64,000 nt of DNA, taken from assembly GCA_963762585.1 (NCBI GenBank), contig CAVXLF010000020.1:33913-97912 (forward strand). Direction: 5' to 3'. Positions 39,523-50,005 of the stretch are shown piece by piece. Numbering within the stretch: position 1 is the stretch's first letter; each line of letters begins with the position of its first letter. Made by a program: the position numbers and the translations under genes. The notes under the pieces were generated by a model. The model was not told where the DNA came from and searched no databases. It saw only the letters and a program-made list of their open reading frames with translations. Source of the stretch: an uncultured Verrucomicrobiae bacterium. GTDB lineage: Bacteria > Verrucomicrobiota > Verrucomicrobiia > Limisphaerales > UBA11358.

Positions 39523-40299
39523 ATGTATCGCGGAAAGAAAATCATCGTGGTGATGCCGGCCTACAACGCGGCGCGGACGTTACCTCAAACCTACCAGGAA
39601 GTGCGCGAGCAGGGCATTGTGGATGAAATCATTCTCGTGGACGACCATAGCCGCGACGAAACGGTGGCGGTGGCGCGATTGCTTGAGGGGGTGCGGGTGC
39701 ACGAACACAAAGTCAACCTGGGCTACGGCGGCAATCAAAAGACGTGTTACCGTCTCGCCCTGGAGGCGGGGGCGGACATTGTGGTGATGCTCCATCCGGA
39801 TTACCAGTATACGCCCAAGCTGCTTCCGGCCATGACCTCGATCATTGCGAACGGATTGCACCCCTGCGTGCTGGGCAGCCGCATTTTGGGCGGTTATGCG
39901 CTCAAAGGTGGGATGCCGTGGTGGAAATACGTCTCAAACCGTTTTCTGACCTTCGCGGAAAATATTTTGCTGGGGGCGAAACTCTCGGAATATCACACGG
40001 GTTACCGCGCGTTTTCGCGCGAGATTTTGGAGACGCTCGACCTGGCAAAAAATTCCGATGATTTCGCTTTTGACAACCAGATGCTGGCGCAGATTCTCTG
40101 GCACGGGTTCACGATTGCCGAGGTGAGCTGTCCGACCAAGTATTTTGCCGAGGCGTCTTCGATCAACTTTCGCCGCAGCCTCAAATACGGTTTCCAGTGT
40201 CTGGTCGTGGGAGGCAAATTCCGGCTGGCCAAAATGGGATGGCTGCGATCCCGGCTGTTCAGTTCAGCGCCGCGGCCAGGCGGGATTTCTTCCGGTTGA
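39523..40299 (+). CDS. GT2 glycosyltransferase, DPM1/polyprenol-phosphate sugar synthase-like
   Basis: VVMPAYNA, VDDHSRD, NLGYGG, HPDYQY, GSR, HTGYRAFSR. Confidence 0.88.
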   Translation: MYRGKKIIVVMPAYNAARTLPQTYQEVREQGIVDEIILVDDHSRDETVAVARLLEGVRVHEHKVNLGYGGNQKTCYRLALEAGADIVVMLHPDYQYTPKLLPAMTSIIANGLHPCVLGSRILGGYALKGGMPWWKYVSNRFLTFAENILLGAKLSEYHTGYRAFSREILETLDLAKNSDDFAFDNQMLAQILWHGFTIAEVSCPTKYFAEASSINFRRSLKYGFQCLVVGGKFRLAKMGWLRSRLFSSAPRPGGISSG

Positions 40300-40513
40300 C
40301 AGTGGGGCGGGGCACCGCGCCGACCTTGGCGGCCTTGTCGAACGCCGAGTGGAGACCGGGCAGAACCTTGGCGGCATCCTCTTTTTTGCCGGCGGTCAGC
40401 AGCGCCCGATAATCCCTCTCCAGCCGCCGCAGGTGCGATTTGACACTGCGGTTGTGCTGATGTTTGCGTTCGTTCGCGCGCATGCGTCGCTCGGCTGACT
40501 TCGTATTCGGCAT
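40259..40513 (-). CDS. rpsT: 30S ribosomal protein S20
   Basis: MPNTKSAERRMR...N...DKAAKVG...NRKKSRL. Confidence 0.95.
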   Translation of the reverse strand: MPNTKSAERRMRANERKHQHNRSVKSHLRRLERDYRALLTAGKKEDAAKVLPGLHSAFDKAAKVGAVPRPTVNRKKSRLAAALN

Positions 40514-40603
40514 AAAAATGAGTTTTGTTTCGCTTGAAAGCGGGAAACTCTAATCAATCGCGCCGTGGTGTCAACGGAAAACCATTTCCTCCGGGCTTTA
40601 CTT

Positions 40604-40619
40604 TGGCACGTTTATTGTT
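40604..40619 (+). promoter_or_regulatory. Putative sigma-54 promoter
   Basis: TGGCACGTTTATTGTT; perfect -24 box, -12 box has GT instead of GC. Confidence 0.4.
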
Positions 40620-40676
40620 AGGAAAGACCACAATGTTAGCTCAATTTTCAGATTGCAACCGCCCGGTAAAGTAAAA

Positions 40677-43600
40677 ATGAACAGTCCATTGCACATTCTT
40701 CATCTGGAAGATGATCCGGATTTTGCCGAACTGGTCCGGACGCTTCTCGACCAGGATGATTTGAATGCGGAACTGAAACGCGTGGCTGAACGCGGGCCAT
40801 TTACGGCGGCATTGGACCATGAACCGTTCGATATTATTTTGTCGGATTTCCGGCTGCCCGATTTCACCGGCCTGGAGGCGCTGGCTTTGGTTCGCAAAAA
40901 ATTTCCCGATCTGCCGTTCATTCTCATATCCGGCACCATTGGCGAACATGCCGCGATTGAGAGTCTCAAGGCGGGCGCGACCGATTACGTGCTCAAGCAG
41001 AACCCGGAACGGCTGGCCTCGGCGGTCCGCCGCGCGGTCCAGGAGGCCGGCGAGCGCGCCAAACGGCGGCAGGCGGAGACGGAACTGGTCCGCCGCGAAA
41101 AGTATTTTCGCACCCTCACGGAAAACACCCTCGATATCCTTTGCATTCTCGGCCGGGAAGGACAGTTCCTTTACGCCAGTCCTTCGATGGAGCGGGTGCT
41201 GGGCTTGGCGCCCGAGGATTGGCAGGGCACCAGTTCGCTGGCGCGGGTGCATCCGGAGGATTTGCCGGCGGTGCGTGAGGCGCTGCAGGAGTCCATCGGG
41301 CATCCGGGCCGCACGATAAAAATTCAATTTCGATATCAGCAAAAGGATGGGACGTGGAAACGTCTGGAACTCGTCGGCCAGAACCGGCTGGATGACCCGG
41401 ACATCGGTGGCCTGGTCACGAATTGGCGGGATGTGACCGACCGGTGGCGCGCGGAGGAGGAATTGCGCCGGAGCGAAAAACAATACCGTCTGCTGTTTCA
41501 GGACAATCCCAATCCCATGTGGGTTTTCGATCTGGAAACCTTGGACTTTCTGGAGGTCAACGAGAGCACCATCCAGCACTACGGCTATTCGCGGGAAGAA
41601 TTTCTGGCGATGAAAATGTCCGACCTGCGCCTGGCTGAAAAAGACGGGCCGCCCGGGGGTGTGGCCTTGAGCGATGCAGAAAGCGGCCGCATCTGGAAGC
41701 ACCGGCGGAAGGACGGCGCCCTGATTGACGTGGAGGTGGTCTGGGGTCCGATGGTCTTTCGCAGCCGTTTCGCGGCGTTGGCCATGGTCACGGACGTGAC
41801 CGAGCGCCGCCGCAACGAGCATCGCAACCAGGTGTTTTCCAAGCTCAGCCATCGGCTCAGTTCCGCCACCACGGCTTCCGAGGCCGCGACGATCATTTGC
41901 GAAGCGTCCGATGCGTTGTTTGCGTGGGATGACTTTGCGCTGGATTTATATTCGGCGGAGAAGGACGAGGTATTCTCATTGCTCAACATCACCACGGTGG
42001 ATGAGCGGCGGGTGAAGATTCCCGAATCAGCCAAATCCAAGAGCGCCAATACCATCATCCGGCGCGTCATCAGCAAGGGCGCGGAACTGATGCACACGCC
42101 CGGTCCCAAAGGCCATGCCGCCGACACCATGCTCGTGCCCGTGCGCAAAGGGAGCCGGATCGTTGGTGTGCTGTTCATCCAAAGTCATCTGTCCGGGGCC
42201 TACAACCGGCAGGATTTGGAAACGCTCCAGACCTTGGCGGATCAATGCAGCGGCGCGCTGGAACGGGTTCACGCGGAGGAGGCGTTGCACGAAAGCCAGC
42301 AACGTTTTCGCGATCTCTTTGAAAATTCACCCGACGCCATTTTTGTTGCGGACCTGACGGGTATCGTGCTGGATGTAAATCTCGCCAGCTCCCTGCTGCA
42401 CGGCTGGGTGCGCGAAGAATTGGTGGGCAGGAATATTTTTACCGATCTCGTTCCAGAAACCCGCCGGGAGCAGTCCCGCCGGGATTTTGAAAAAATGGCG
42501 ACCGGCGAGTGGTCGCGGGTCGAGAGTGAAAGCCTGACGGCTGAAGGCCAGGTGACGCCGGTGGAAGTTCGCGCCAGCCGCGTGGAATACGGGGGGCAAC
42601 CGGCCCTGCTGCTGCACGTGCGCGACATCACCGAGCGTCGCGAAGCCGAGGCGGCCTTGCAAAGTTCGGAAACCCTCTTCCGTTCCGTCTGGCAAAATTC
42701 AGTGACCGGTTTGCGATTGGTCAACGAGGAAGGCATCATCATCGCTGTCAATGATGCGTTTTGCCGTCTGGTCGGAATGGAAGCGCAGGCCCTGGAAGGC
42801 CGCCCTTTTACGGTGATTTACGCCGAGTCCGGGGATCGGGACAAACTGCTTGAACAGCACCGGGAGTCTTTTCTGGCTCGCAGCGTCCAGCGCAAGGCTG
42901 AACGCCAGTACGTCCTGCACAATGGAAAGGCTTTGACGCTGGAGATTATTGATTCTTTCATCCAGCTGCACGAGCGGCCGCTGCTCATGTTGAGTCTGTT
43001 CCGGGATGTCACCGCCCAGCGGCAACTGGAGGAACAATTGCGGCAATCACAAAAGATGGAGGCCATCGGCCAGCTTGCCGGCGGCGTTGCGCACGATTTC
43101 AACAACATTCTTACTGTTATTCAGGGACATGCTTCGTTGCTCATGGGTGGCCACCTGGGTGAATCGGCGGGCAGATCAGCGGAGCAAATTGTCCAGGCGG
43201 CTGAGCGCGCGGCCGGCTTGACGCGCCAGTTGCTTACCTTCAGCCGCCGCCAGCTCATTCAGCCAAAACAGCTGGATGTGAACAAGGTCGTGGGCAACAT
43301 GACCAACATGCTCGGCCGGCTATTGGGCGAAGACGTGGCGTTGCAATTGAATTATTGCCAGTCGCCGCCCATGGTGGAAGCCGACGCCGGCATGTTGGAG
43401 CAGGTGTTATTGAACCTGGCCGTCAATGCGCGTGACGCCATGCCCAAGGGGGGCCAGCTCGCCATCCGCATTGCCCTGGCAGACCTGCGGGACGACAACC
43501 ACCGGGTGCCGTCGGAAGCCCGCACGGGTCGTTTTGTTTGTGTGAGCGTCGCCGACACCGGTACGGGCATCAGTCCGGAAAATCTGCGCCGGATTTTTGA

Positions 43601-44183
43601 GCCATTTTTTACCACCAAGGAAATCGGCAAAGGCACGGGTTTGGGATTGGCGACAGCCTACGGCATTGTGAACCAGCACCACGGCTGGATTGAGGTCGAA
43701 AGCCAGGTTGGGAAAGGCGCGACCTTTCGGATTTTTCTTCCTTATACCGGAACCGGGCCGGCGGAGGTGGAAAAGCCCACCACCCGGATCACCGTGCGCG
43801 GCGGGAACGAAACCATTTTGCTCGTTGAGGATGAAGCGCCCGTTTGCGAACTGGTCTCGCGCGTGCTGAGCAGATATGGCTACCAGGTTTTACCGGCGGG
43901 TAACGCCATCGAGGCTTTGGAGGTCTGGCGGGAACACAAGGCTGAAATAGCCCTCCTGCTCACCGATCTGGTCATGCCCCACCACATGAACGGCCGTGAA
44001 CTGGCCGAAAAATTATGGGCCGAACAACCGGGGCTCAAGGTCATTTTCACCAGCGGTTACAGTGCCGACATTGTCGGCAAGGATTTTAAACTGGAACCGG
44101 AAGTGAACTTTTTGCAAAAGCCCTACCAGTTGCAAGCCCTGGCCGCGACCGTGCGTCGCTGCCTCGACGCCAAACACAAATGA
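40677..44183 (+). CDS. Cytoplasmic hybrid histidine kinase (REC-PAS-PAS-GAF-PAS-PAS-HisKA-HATPase-REC)
   Basis: N-terminal REC (LEDD, LSD), four PAS/PAC units, [18 protein letters not shown]-terminal REC. Confidence 0.93.
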   Translation: MNSPLHILHLEDDPDFAELVRTLLDQDDLNAELKRVAERGPFTAALDHEPFDIILSDFRLPDFTGLEALALVRKKFPDLPFILISGTIGEHAAIESLKAGATDYVLKQNPERLASAVRRAVQEAGERAKRRQAETELVRREKYFRTLTENTLDILCILGREGQFLYASPSMERVLGLAPEDWQGTSSLARVHPEDLPAVREALQESIGHPGRTIKIQFRYQQKDGTWKRLELVGQNRLDDPDIGGLVTNWRDVTDRWRAEEELRRSEKQYRLLFQDNPNPMWVFDLETLDFLEVNESTIQHYGYSREEFLAMKMSDLRLAEKDGPPGGVALSDAESGRIWKHRRKDGALIDVEVVWGPMVFRSRFAALAMVTDVTERRRNEHRNQVFSKLSHRLSSATTASEAATIICEASDALFAWDDFALDLYSAEKDEVFSLLNITTVDERRVKIPESAKSKSANTIIRRVISKGAELMHTPGPKGHAADTMLVPVRKGSRIVGVLFIQSHLSGAYNRQDLETLQTLADQCSGALERVHAEEALHESQQRFRDLFENSPDAIFVADLTGIVLDVNLASSLLHGWVREELVGRNIFTDLVPETRREQSRRDFEKMATGEWSRVESESLTAEGQVTPVEVRASRVEYGGQPALLLHVRDITERREAEAALQSSETLFRSVWQNSVTGLRLVNEEGIIIAVNDAFCRLVGMEAQALEGRPFTVIYAESGDRDKLLEQHRESFLARSVQRKAERQYVLHNGKALTLEIIDSFIQLHERPLLMLSLFRDVTAQRQLEEQLRQSQKMEAIGQLAGGVAHDFNNILTVIQGHASLLMGGHLGESAGRSAEQIVQAAERAAGLTRQLLTFSRRQLIQPKQLDVNKVVGNMTNMLGRLLGEDVALQLNYCQSPPMVEADAGMLEQVLLNLAVNARDAMPKGGQLAIRIALADLRDDNHRVPSEARTGRFVCVSVADTGTGISPENLRRIFEPFFTTKEIGKGTGLGLATAYGIVNQHHGWIEVESQVGKGATFRIFLPYTGTGPAEVEKPTTRITVRGGNETILLVEDEAPVCELVSRVLSRYGYQVLPAGNAIEALEVWREHKAEIALLLTDLVMPHHMNGRELAEKLWAEQPGLKVIFTSGYSADIVGKDFKLEPEVNFLQKPYQLQALAATVRRCLDAKHK

Positions 44184-44238
44184 ATCCCGGGCATCTTCCA
44201 ACTTTGCTTCCAGGGCGCGGTCTGCTTAAACTTCGCGC

Positions 44239-44922
44239 ATGATCATTGCGCCCTCGCTGCTGGCGGCCGACCCGGCCCATCTTGGCCGGGAGGCCGAACG
44301 TGCCGGCCGCTCCGGCGCCGACTGGCTGCATCTCGACATCATGGACGGCCATTTTGTGCCGAACATTTCCTTCGGACCCGGGGTCGTCCGCGCGATCCGG
44401 CCGCTGACAAAACTTTTTTTTGACGTTCACCTGATGTGTACGCGTCCGGAAATATTGCTGGAACCTTTTGCCGGCGCCGGCGCGGATGAAATCATCATTC
44501 ATGTCGAACTCGGTGAACAGGTCGCGCCGCTCATCTGGAAAATCAAATCCCTCAATAAAAAGGTCGGCCTCGCCATCAATCCCCCCACCGCCATCGCCGA
44601 AGTGCAGCCGTATCTCGACCAGATTGATTTGCTGCTGGTGATGACCGTCAATCCGGGTTTTGGCGGACAGGAATTCATTCACGAAACGCTGCCCAAAATC
44701 CAGCAGGCTGACGCCTGGCGGCACGAGCGAAAATTGTCCTACCGCATCAGTGTGGACGGCGGCATCAACTTTCAAACGGCCGCCGAATGCGCGCGCGCCG
44801 GCGCGGACACGTTTGTCAGCGGGACAACGTTGTTTCGCGCGCGCAACCTGCGTGCCGCAGTCAAACGGATGCGTCAGGTCGTCAATGCCCATGATCCGGC
44901 GCTGGCGGATTTAAAATTATAA
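44239..44922 (+). CDS. rpe: Ribulose-phosphate 3-epimerase
   Basis: IAPSLL, HLDIMDGHFVPN, DVHLM, MTVNPGFGGQ, VDGGI. Confidence 0.97.
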   Translation: MIIAPSLLAADPAHLGREAERAGRSGADWLHLDIMDGHFVPNISFGPGVVRAIRPLTKLFFDVHLMCTRPEILLEPFAGAGADEIIIHVELGEQVAPLIWKIKSLNKKVGLAINPPTAIAEVQPYLDQIDLLLVMTVNPGFGGQEFIHETLPKIQQADAWRHERKLSYRISVDGGINFQTAAECARAGADTFVSGTTLFRARNLRAAVKRMRQVVNAHDPALADLKL

Positions 44923-44931
44923 CCGGCCGGT

Positions 44932-46374
44932 ATGGACATTAAATTCGGCACGGACGGCTGGCGCGCGGTCATCGCGGAAGATTTCACCTTTGCGAAGGTT
45001 GCGCGAGTTGCGCAGGCGACGGCGGATTATTGGCGGGCCCATGCCGTCCCCGGTACGGAACCAAAAATCATCGTTGGCTTCGACCGCCGGTTTTTCTCCG
45101 ACCGCTTTGCCCGGACCGCGGCTGAGATTTTTGCCGGCAATGATTTTCAAGTCGTGCTGACGCCGGAGCCGACGCCGACGCCGTCGGTTTCCTTCGCCGT
45201 CAAGGCGCAGCGCGCCGTCGGCGGTGTGATGATTACGGCCAGCCACAACCCGCCCATCTTCAACGGCTTCAAGCTCAAATCGTCCTACGGTGGTTCCAGC
45301 AATCCGGAAACGTGCCGGGCCATTGAAGGCTTTCTGGATCGCAACCCGGTTCGCTCCGTGAACTTCGACGCGGCGGTCCGCGCCGGACAAATTTCGATCC
45401 GCGACGTCCGCCCGGCGCACTTCGCTGCATTGAAAGAGCTGGTGGACTTCAAATTGATCGCGAAATCAAAACTGCGTTTCGCTCACGACGCGTTGTTTGG
45501 CGTCGGCGCCGGCTGCTTTGAACAGTTGCTCGCGGGCACGACCTGCCGGGTGACCACCCTCAACGCGGATCACGACGTGTTGTTCGGCGGCATCAATCCC
45601 GAACCGATTGACAGGAATTATGCGCGCAGCCAAAAATATCTTTCCCGGCACCCGCATGATATTTGCCTCGTGACCGACGGTGATGCTGACCGCGTTGGCG
45701 GCATGAACGGCCGGGGCAGGGCGCTCACGACGCATCAAATAATTTGTCTGCTGCTACATCATTTCGTGGTAAACCGAAAGGGCAGGGGGCGGGTGGTGAA
45801 AGCGCTTACGACCACTTCGATGGTGGACAAGATGTGCGCGGCCCATGGGTTGCCACTGGTCGAGACCGGCGTCGGCTTCAAATATATTTGCGCGGAGATG
45901 CTCCAGGGTGACGTATTGCTTGGGGCGGAAGAGAGCGGCGGGATTGGCTTCCCGGGGCACATTCCGGAGCGCGATGGCGTGGCCGCCGGATTATTCCTGC
46001 TGGAACTGCTCGCGACCGAGCGGGTGTCCGTTGATAAACTGCTGGCAACGTTGGAAAGGCAGTTCGGCCCGCATCATTACGGAAGGATTGACACGCATTA
46101 TCCATTCGAGCAGCGAACGCCACTGATGGAATCGCTTAAGGCCAATCCACCGGAAAAGCTGTTGCGCTCGCCCCTGGCCGGCATGAAGACATTTGATGGC
46201 GTCAAGTTTGTGGCAGAAGATTCCTCGTGGCTCATGCTGCGGGGTTCGGGCACGGAACCCATTCTGCGAATTTATGCCGAGGCGAAGTCAGGCGCCGACG
46301 TGCGACGATTGCTGGAATTCGGCGGGAAACTGACACGGTTCTCAGTGAAGGACCAACCGGTAAAATCGGGCTGA
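44932..46374 (+). CDS. Phosphoglucomutase/phosphomannomutase family protein
   Basis: FGTDGWR, TASHNP, DGDADR, GAEESGG, RGSGTEP. Confidence 0.93.
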   Translation: MDIKFGTDGWRAVIAEDFTFAKVARVAQATADYWRAHAVPGTEPKIIVGFDRRFFSDRFARTAAEIFAGNDFQVVLTPEPTPTPSVSFAVKAQRAVGGVMITASHNPPIFNGFKLKSSYGGSSNPETCRAIEGFLDRNPVRSVNFDAAVRAGQISIRDVRPAHFAALKELVDFKLIAKSKLRFAHDALFGVGAGCFEQLLAGTTCRVTTLNADHDVLFGGINPEPIDRNYARSQKYLSRHPHDICLVTDGDADRVGGMNGRGRALTTHQIICLLLHHFVVNRKGRGRVVKALTTTSMVDKMCAAHGLPLVETGVGFKYICAEMLQGDVLLGAEESGGIGFPGHIPERDGVAAGLFLLELLATERVSVDKLLATLERQFGPHHYGRIDTHYPFEQRTPLMESLKANPPEKLLRSPLAGMKTFDGVKFVAEDSSWLMLRGSGTEPILRIYAEAKSGADVRRLLEFGGKLTRFSVKDQPVKSG

Positions 46375-46902
46375 GAATTGTCCTGCCTGGGGATCCTTAA
46401 ATTGGGTCCAGGCGTTTGAAGTCGCCAAGTCGGTCTGGCCAATGGTCGTCCACGACTGCATGTCCTTGGCGGCCTGAACTTCATACCAATGGCCCGGAGC
46501 GACTGGAAACTGCATGCCCACGGTATTGATATCCAGTTTTCCAAGCAATTTGAGCAAGCCCGGAGTAATATAGGAAACATCACTGGAAAGGGCGCTCTCA
46601 ACACCCACTGAATTGTAGGCCGAGACGGCGAAGTGATAAGTTTGTCCTTCCTGCAGGCCAGAGACCGCCGCCGTCGTATTGTTTCCAATGTCGATCTTGT
46701 TGGTGTAAACCCCCGGTTCCGGGCCGCAGTATAGAAAATATCCGGCCACCGCCAGACTCTTTGATGGGTTCCAGGTGAGATCCAGGTTTTGAGCGCCATG
46801 CACATGGTTGAAGCAAAGGGTTAAAGCGAGTAAAATTCCTTTCCACCCTCCACCTCGTCCTGTAGAAGTACAACTTTTACGACTTTCTTTCCCAAATTCC
46901 AT
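46342..46902 (-). CDS. Secreted fibronectin type III domain protein with C-terminal 'RFYR' domain
   Basis: Signal-like segment, LTWNP...AGY...GLQEGQTYHFAVSAYN...ES, tail YEVQA..D...W...F.DP...RFYRL. Confidence 0.75.
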   Translation of the reverse strand: MEFGKESRKSCTSTGRGGGWKGILLALTLCFNHVHGAQNLDLTWNPSKSLAVAGYFLYCGPEPGVYTNKIDIGNNTTAAVSGLQEGQTYHFAVSAYNSVGVESALSSDVSYITPGLLKLLGKLDINTVGMQFPVAPGHWYEVQAAKDMQSWTTIGQTDLATSNAWTQFKDPQAGQFSARFYRLVLH

Positions 46903-46941
46903 CTTACGACTTTCTCTCAAAAAAACGTCTGCCGCCCTTTT

Positions 46942-46957
46942 AGCAAAATCACTGCCA
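46942..46957 (-). promoter_or_regulatory. Putative sigma-54 promoter of FN3 gene
   Basis: TGGCAGTGATTTTGCT (TGGC-N9-GC with TTGCT) 40 nt upstream of ATG 46902. Confidence 0.6.
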
Positions 46958-47271
46958 ACGCTTTTTGTGCTGCCAAATCCCCATCGGATGGGGGTAAAAC
47001 TCGCGGGAATGCCCCAAAAGAGAACTCTGGTTTTCCGTTTAAGACAGTTAATCTCCGATTTGAGACACTGCTGCCGCCGAAGTTGCCGCTCCTGCGCCCG
47101 GCCCTTTGTTTTGGGGCGGAAGTAAATTATACCTTGTGCCTTTGAGGCGGATTTTATACGCATGAGCCGGTGAAGTTCGTGGCTGAAATCAACCGGCCCG
47201 ATGGGAGATCCGGGCGGTCAAACGGAAGTCATGCGCGTCATATTTTTGAAGGATTTTATCAATAGTGGAAC

Positions 47272-47961
47272 ATGAAAGATTCCGGCCTGCCGCGGCAGAG
47301 AAAAAACATTCGCATCCTGCTGGTTGACGATCATCCCCTCGTGCGGGAGTCGCTCAAGCGCATCATTCAGCAGGAGCCCGGTTTGAATGTATGCGGCGAG
47401 GCGGACAACGGCAGCCGGGCCCTGGAGCTGGTGGCCGAGACCAAACCCCACCTGGTGATCCTTGACCTGACGTTAAAAGATTCCCATGGCCTGGAACTGA
47501 TCAAGAATCTGAATGACAGCCACCCCGGCGTCCTGTGCCTGGTGTTTTCGATGCACGAGGAAACATTGCACGCGGAGCGCGTAATCCGGGCGGGTGCCTG
47601 CGGATACATTAACAAGGAAGAAACCCCCGCAAGGATTTTGCAGGCCATTCGCAGGGTCTTAAATGGAGAGATTTACTGGAGTGAAAAGGCTGCCAATTGG
47701 GTTGCCTCGCAAATCGCCTCACGCCCGCGTGCTTCATCAAATTTTTCCGTGGATCTGCTGACGGATCGGGAATTGCAGGTTTTTGAATTGATGGGGGCCG
47801 GTCAGAACACCCGGCAGATAGCGGCAATGCTGCATATTGACGCGAGCACCGTGGAGACCTATCGGGCAAGGATCAAGGACAAGTTGAATCTGAAAAGCAC
47901 CTCGGAACTGCTTCAATACGCCATCCGTTTCCAGATGCTCCCGAAGGATAACAGCCTGTAG
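47272..47961 (+). CDS. NarL/LuxR family response regulator
   Basis: LLVDDHPLVR, ILDLTL, GYINK, LTDRELQVF...TVETYRARIKDKL. Confidence 0.95.
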   Translation: MKDSGLPRQRKNIRILLVDDHPLVRESLKRIIQQEPGLNVCGEADNGSRALELVAETKPHLVILDLTLKDSHGLELIKNLNDSHPGVLCLVFSMHEETLHAERVIRAGACGYINKEETPARILQAIRRVLNGEIYWSEKAANWVASQIASRPRASSNFSVDLLTDRELQVFELMGAGQNTRQIAAMLHIDASTVETYRARIKDKLNLKSTSELLQYAIRFQMLPKDNSL

Positions 47962-48345
47962 CACAATCAGTTCCGGTTCATAATCCTTATTGCGGGAAAT
48001 GACAAAAAGCGCTAGAAAATCGTTGCGTAGTAAAAATCATTACAATATAATTACTATTATTACTACAGGATAATAGTGTTGGGCGCTGTAGATAAATTCG
48101 GGGGGATGTGGTTTACTGTTCCACGACGTAGTATTTTAACAAATACGCAAACAGATGGAGGGGTTGTACAACTTTGGTCGGGTTCGGAGCGGCAGCATTG
48201 GCTGGAACGCGAAGACAGGACTGCAATTTGATTTAACCGACAGCGGGGCGCGGTTGGAAGGTTTTACAAAAGGATTCGGCATGGTCGGGTTGAGCTTTTC
48301 CGTCAAAGCCGGGTGAAACGAACATCCGGAGACGAATTTAATTTA

Positions 48346-48942
48346 ATGCTGCTCAATTCCACAATTCAAGTTCAACCCCTGGCTTGGTACTGTGCCCGGA
48401 CCAAGCCCAAGCACGAGCACATTGCGGCCGCAAATTTGCGCAAGCATCTCCGGTTGGAAGTGTTCCATCCCCGATTGAACATTGAGCGGGCGACCCGCCG
48501 GGGGGTGGTCCGGGTTAGTGAGCCCCTGTTTTCCTGTTATATTTTTATCCGCTGTGCCATGGAGCAAAGCCTGAGTGAAATACAACGCACCAATGGCATC
48601 GGCTCAGTTGTGCATTTTGCCCATCGGATTCCGACGATACCGGATTCGGTCATTGAGGAATTGAAGGAATGTTTTGCCGGCGAGGAAACGATGACGGTCG
48701 AAGATCGGGTTTCGCCGGGAGATGAAGTGCTGCTGGCGGATGGCGCCTTTGCTGGAATGCGTGCTTTTGTCCTGCGGGTCATGCCGGCCAGAAAGCGGGT
48801 CCAGGTGTTGCTTGACGTTTTGGGCCGGCCGACGCCGGCTGAGATAGATGAGGGTTCGGTTGTTTTGGAGCGGAATGCCGTGGCGGAGTTGGTGCCAACT
48901 TTGGCGGCACCCCGTTTTGGCGATTTCGCGATTTCAGGTTGA
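48346..48942 (+). CDS. NusG-paralog transcription antiterminator (RfaH/UpxY-like)
   Basis: WYCARTKPKHE, PLFSCYIF, KOW GDEV..DGAFAG; heads the polysaccharide cluster. Confidence 0.85.
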   Translation: MLLNSTIQVQPLAWYCARTKPKHEHIAAANLRKHLRLEVFHPRLNIERATRRGVVRVSEPLFSCYIFIRCAMEQSLSEIQRTNGIGSVVHFAHRIPTIPDSVIEELKECFAGEETMTVEDRVSPGDEVLLADGAFAGMRAFVLRVMPARKRVQVLLDVLGRPTPAEIDEGSVVLERNAVAELVPTLAAPRFGDFAISG

Positions 48943-49179
48943 AGTTGGAGCAAATACTAAGGGGCACTCCGGTCAAGTCGTTCGGAGCAGGGAAAACAGG
49001 TTTGGCGAAAATTGCTTGCCGCCAACAAGTGCGGAGCTTTGTTTTTACGCAGTCAAAAAATTAGAAATGTTAACTACTACTTATTCAGGGTTTTTGAGAG
49101 TGGATTCAGGCTGTTCAACTTTGGACCCCTGCGTTCGCCGTTTTTTTCAATTTAGTAACCGGCGCCTTCCTTTCCCGTC

Positions 49180-50004
49180 ATGAATTTTCCCAACGAGAAT
49201 CACCTGTCCGAGGAGGCTTCCTTGATCGGTTCAACCCCGCGCTGGAAACGAATTCTGGACGTTGGTGTCATTTTGCTGGCCGTCCCGCTGCTGTTGCCCT
49301 TGATGGCAATGATTGCGCTGCTGATTCGGATGGTTTCCGCCGGGCCGGTTCTGTTCAAGCAGGAACGCGTTGGCTATCTGGGCCGCCGGTTCATGTGCTT
49401 CAAGTTCCGGACCATGTTTGTGGGCGCAGACGCGGCGGCGCATCAGGGACACTTGCATCGCCTGATGGATTCGAATACGCCGATGACGAAAATGGATTCG
49501 GAAGGGGATCCGCGGATCATTCCCCTCGGCTTGCTGCTTCGTTCCTCCGGGCTGGATGAACTGCCGCAACTCATCAACGTGCTGCGGGGTGACATGAGTC
49601 TGGTGGGGCCGCGTCCCTGCCTGCCTTATGAGTATGAAAAATATCTTCCCTGGCAGAAAGGGCGTTTTGCTTCGACGCCCGGTCTGACCGGGCTTTGGCA
49701 GGTCAGTGGCAAGAACCGGACCACGTTCGTTGAAATGATTCAATTGGACATAAAATATGCGCGGGAAAAAAGCCTGTGGTTCGATTTAAAAATATTGGCG
49801 CGGACCATTCCGGCGTTGATCTCTCAACTGCGCGAAACGCGGCGCCGGGAAAAGCTGTTGGTCAGCCCGGTTCATTCTGAAGCGGCACCTGCCAAATATC
49901 ATCCGGCCCCATCCTATACCGTGCGCAAACCTGCGTTTGCGGAAGTTGTGCGCGCGGAACGGCAGGGACATCTGAATCTCGAACGAAACAAGCCTAAGTT
50001 GTAA
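49180..50004 (+). CDS. Priming sugar transferase (bacterial sugar transferase family)
   Basis: KRILD, FKQERVG, KFRTM, DPRI, LDELPQLINVLRGDMSLVGPRP, PGLTGLWQV. Confidence 0.93.
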   Translation: MNFPNENHLSEEASLIGSTPRWKRILDVGVILLAVPLLLPLMAMIALLIRMVSAGPVLFKQERVGYLGRRFMCFKFRTMFVGADAAAHQGHLHRLMDSNTPMTKMDSEGDPRIIPLGLLLRSSGLDELPQLINVLRGDMSLVGPRPCLPYEYEKYLPWQKGRFASTPGLTGLWQVSGKNRTTFVEMIQLDIKYAREKSLWFDLKILARTIPALISQLRETRRREKLLVSPVHSEAAPAKYHPAPSYTVRKPAFAEVVRAERQGHLNLERNKPKL

Positions 50005-50005
50005 T

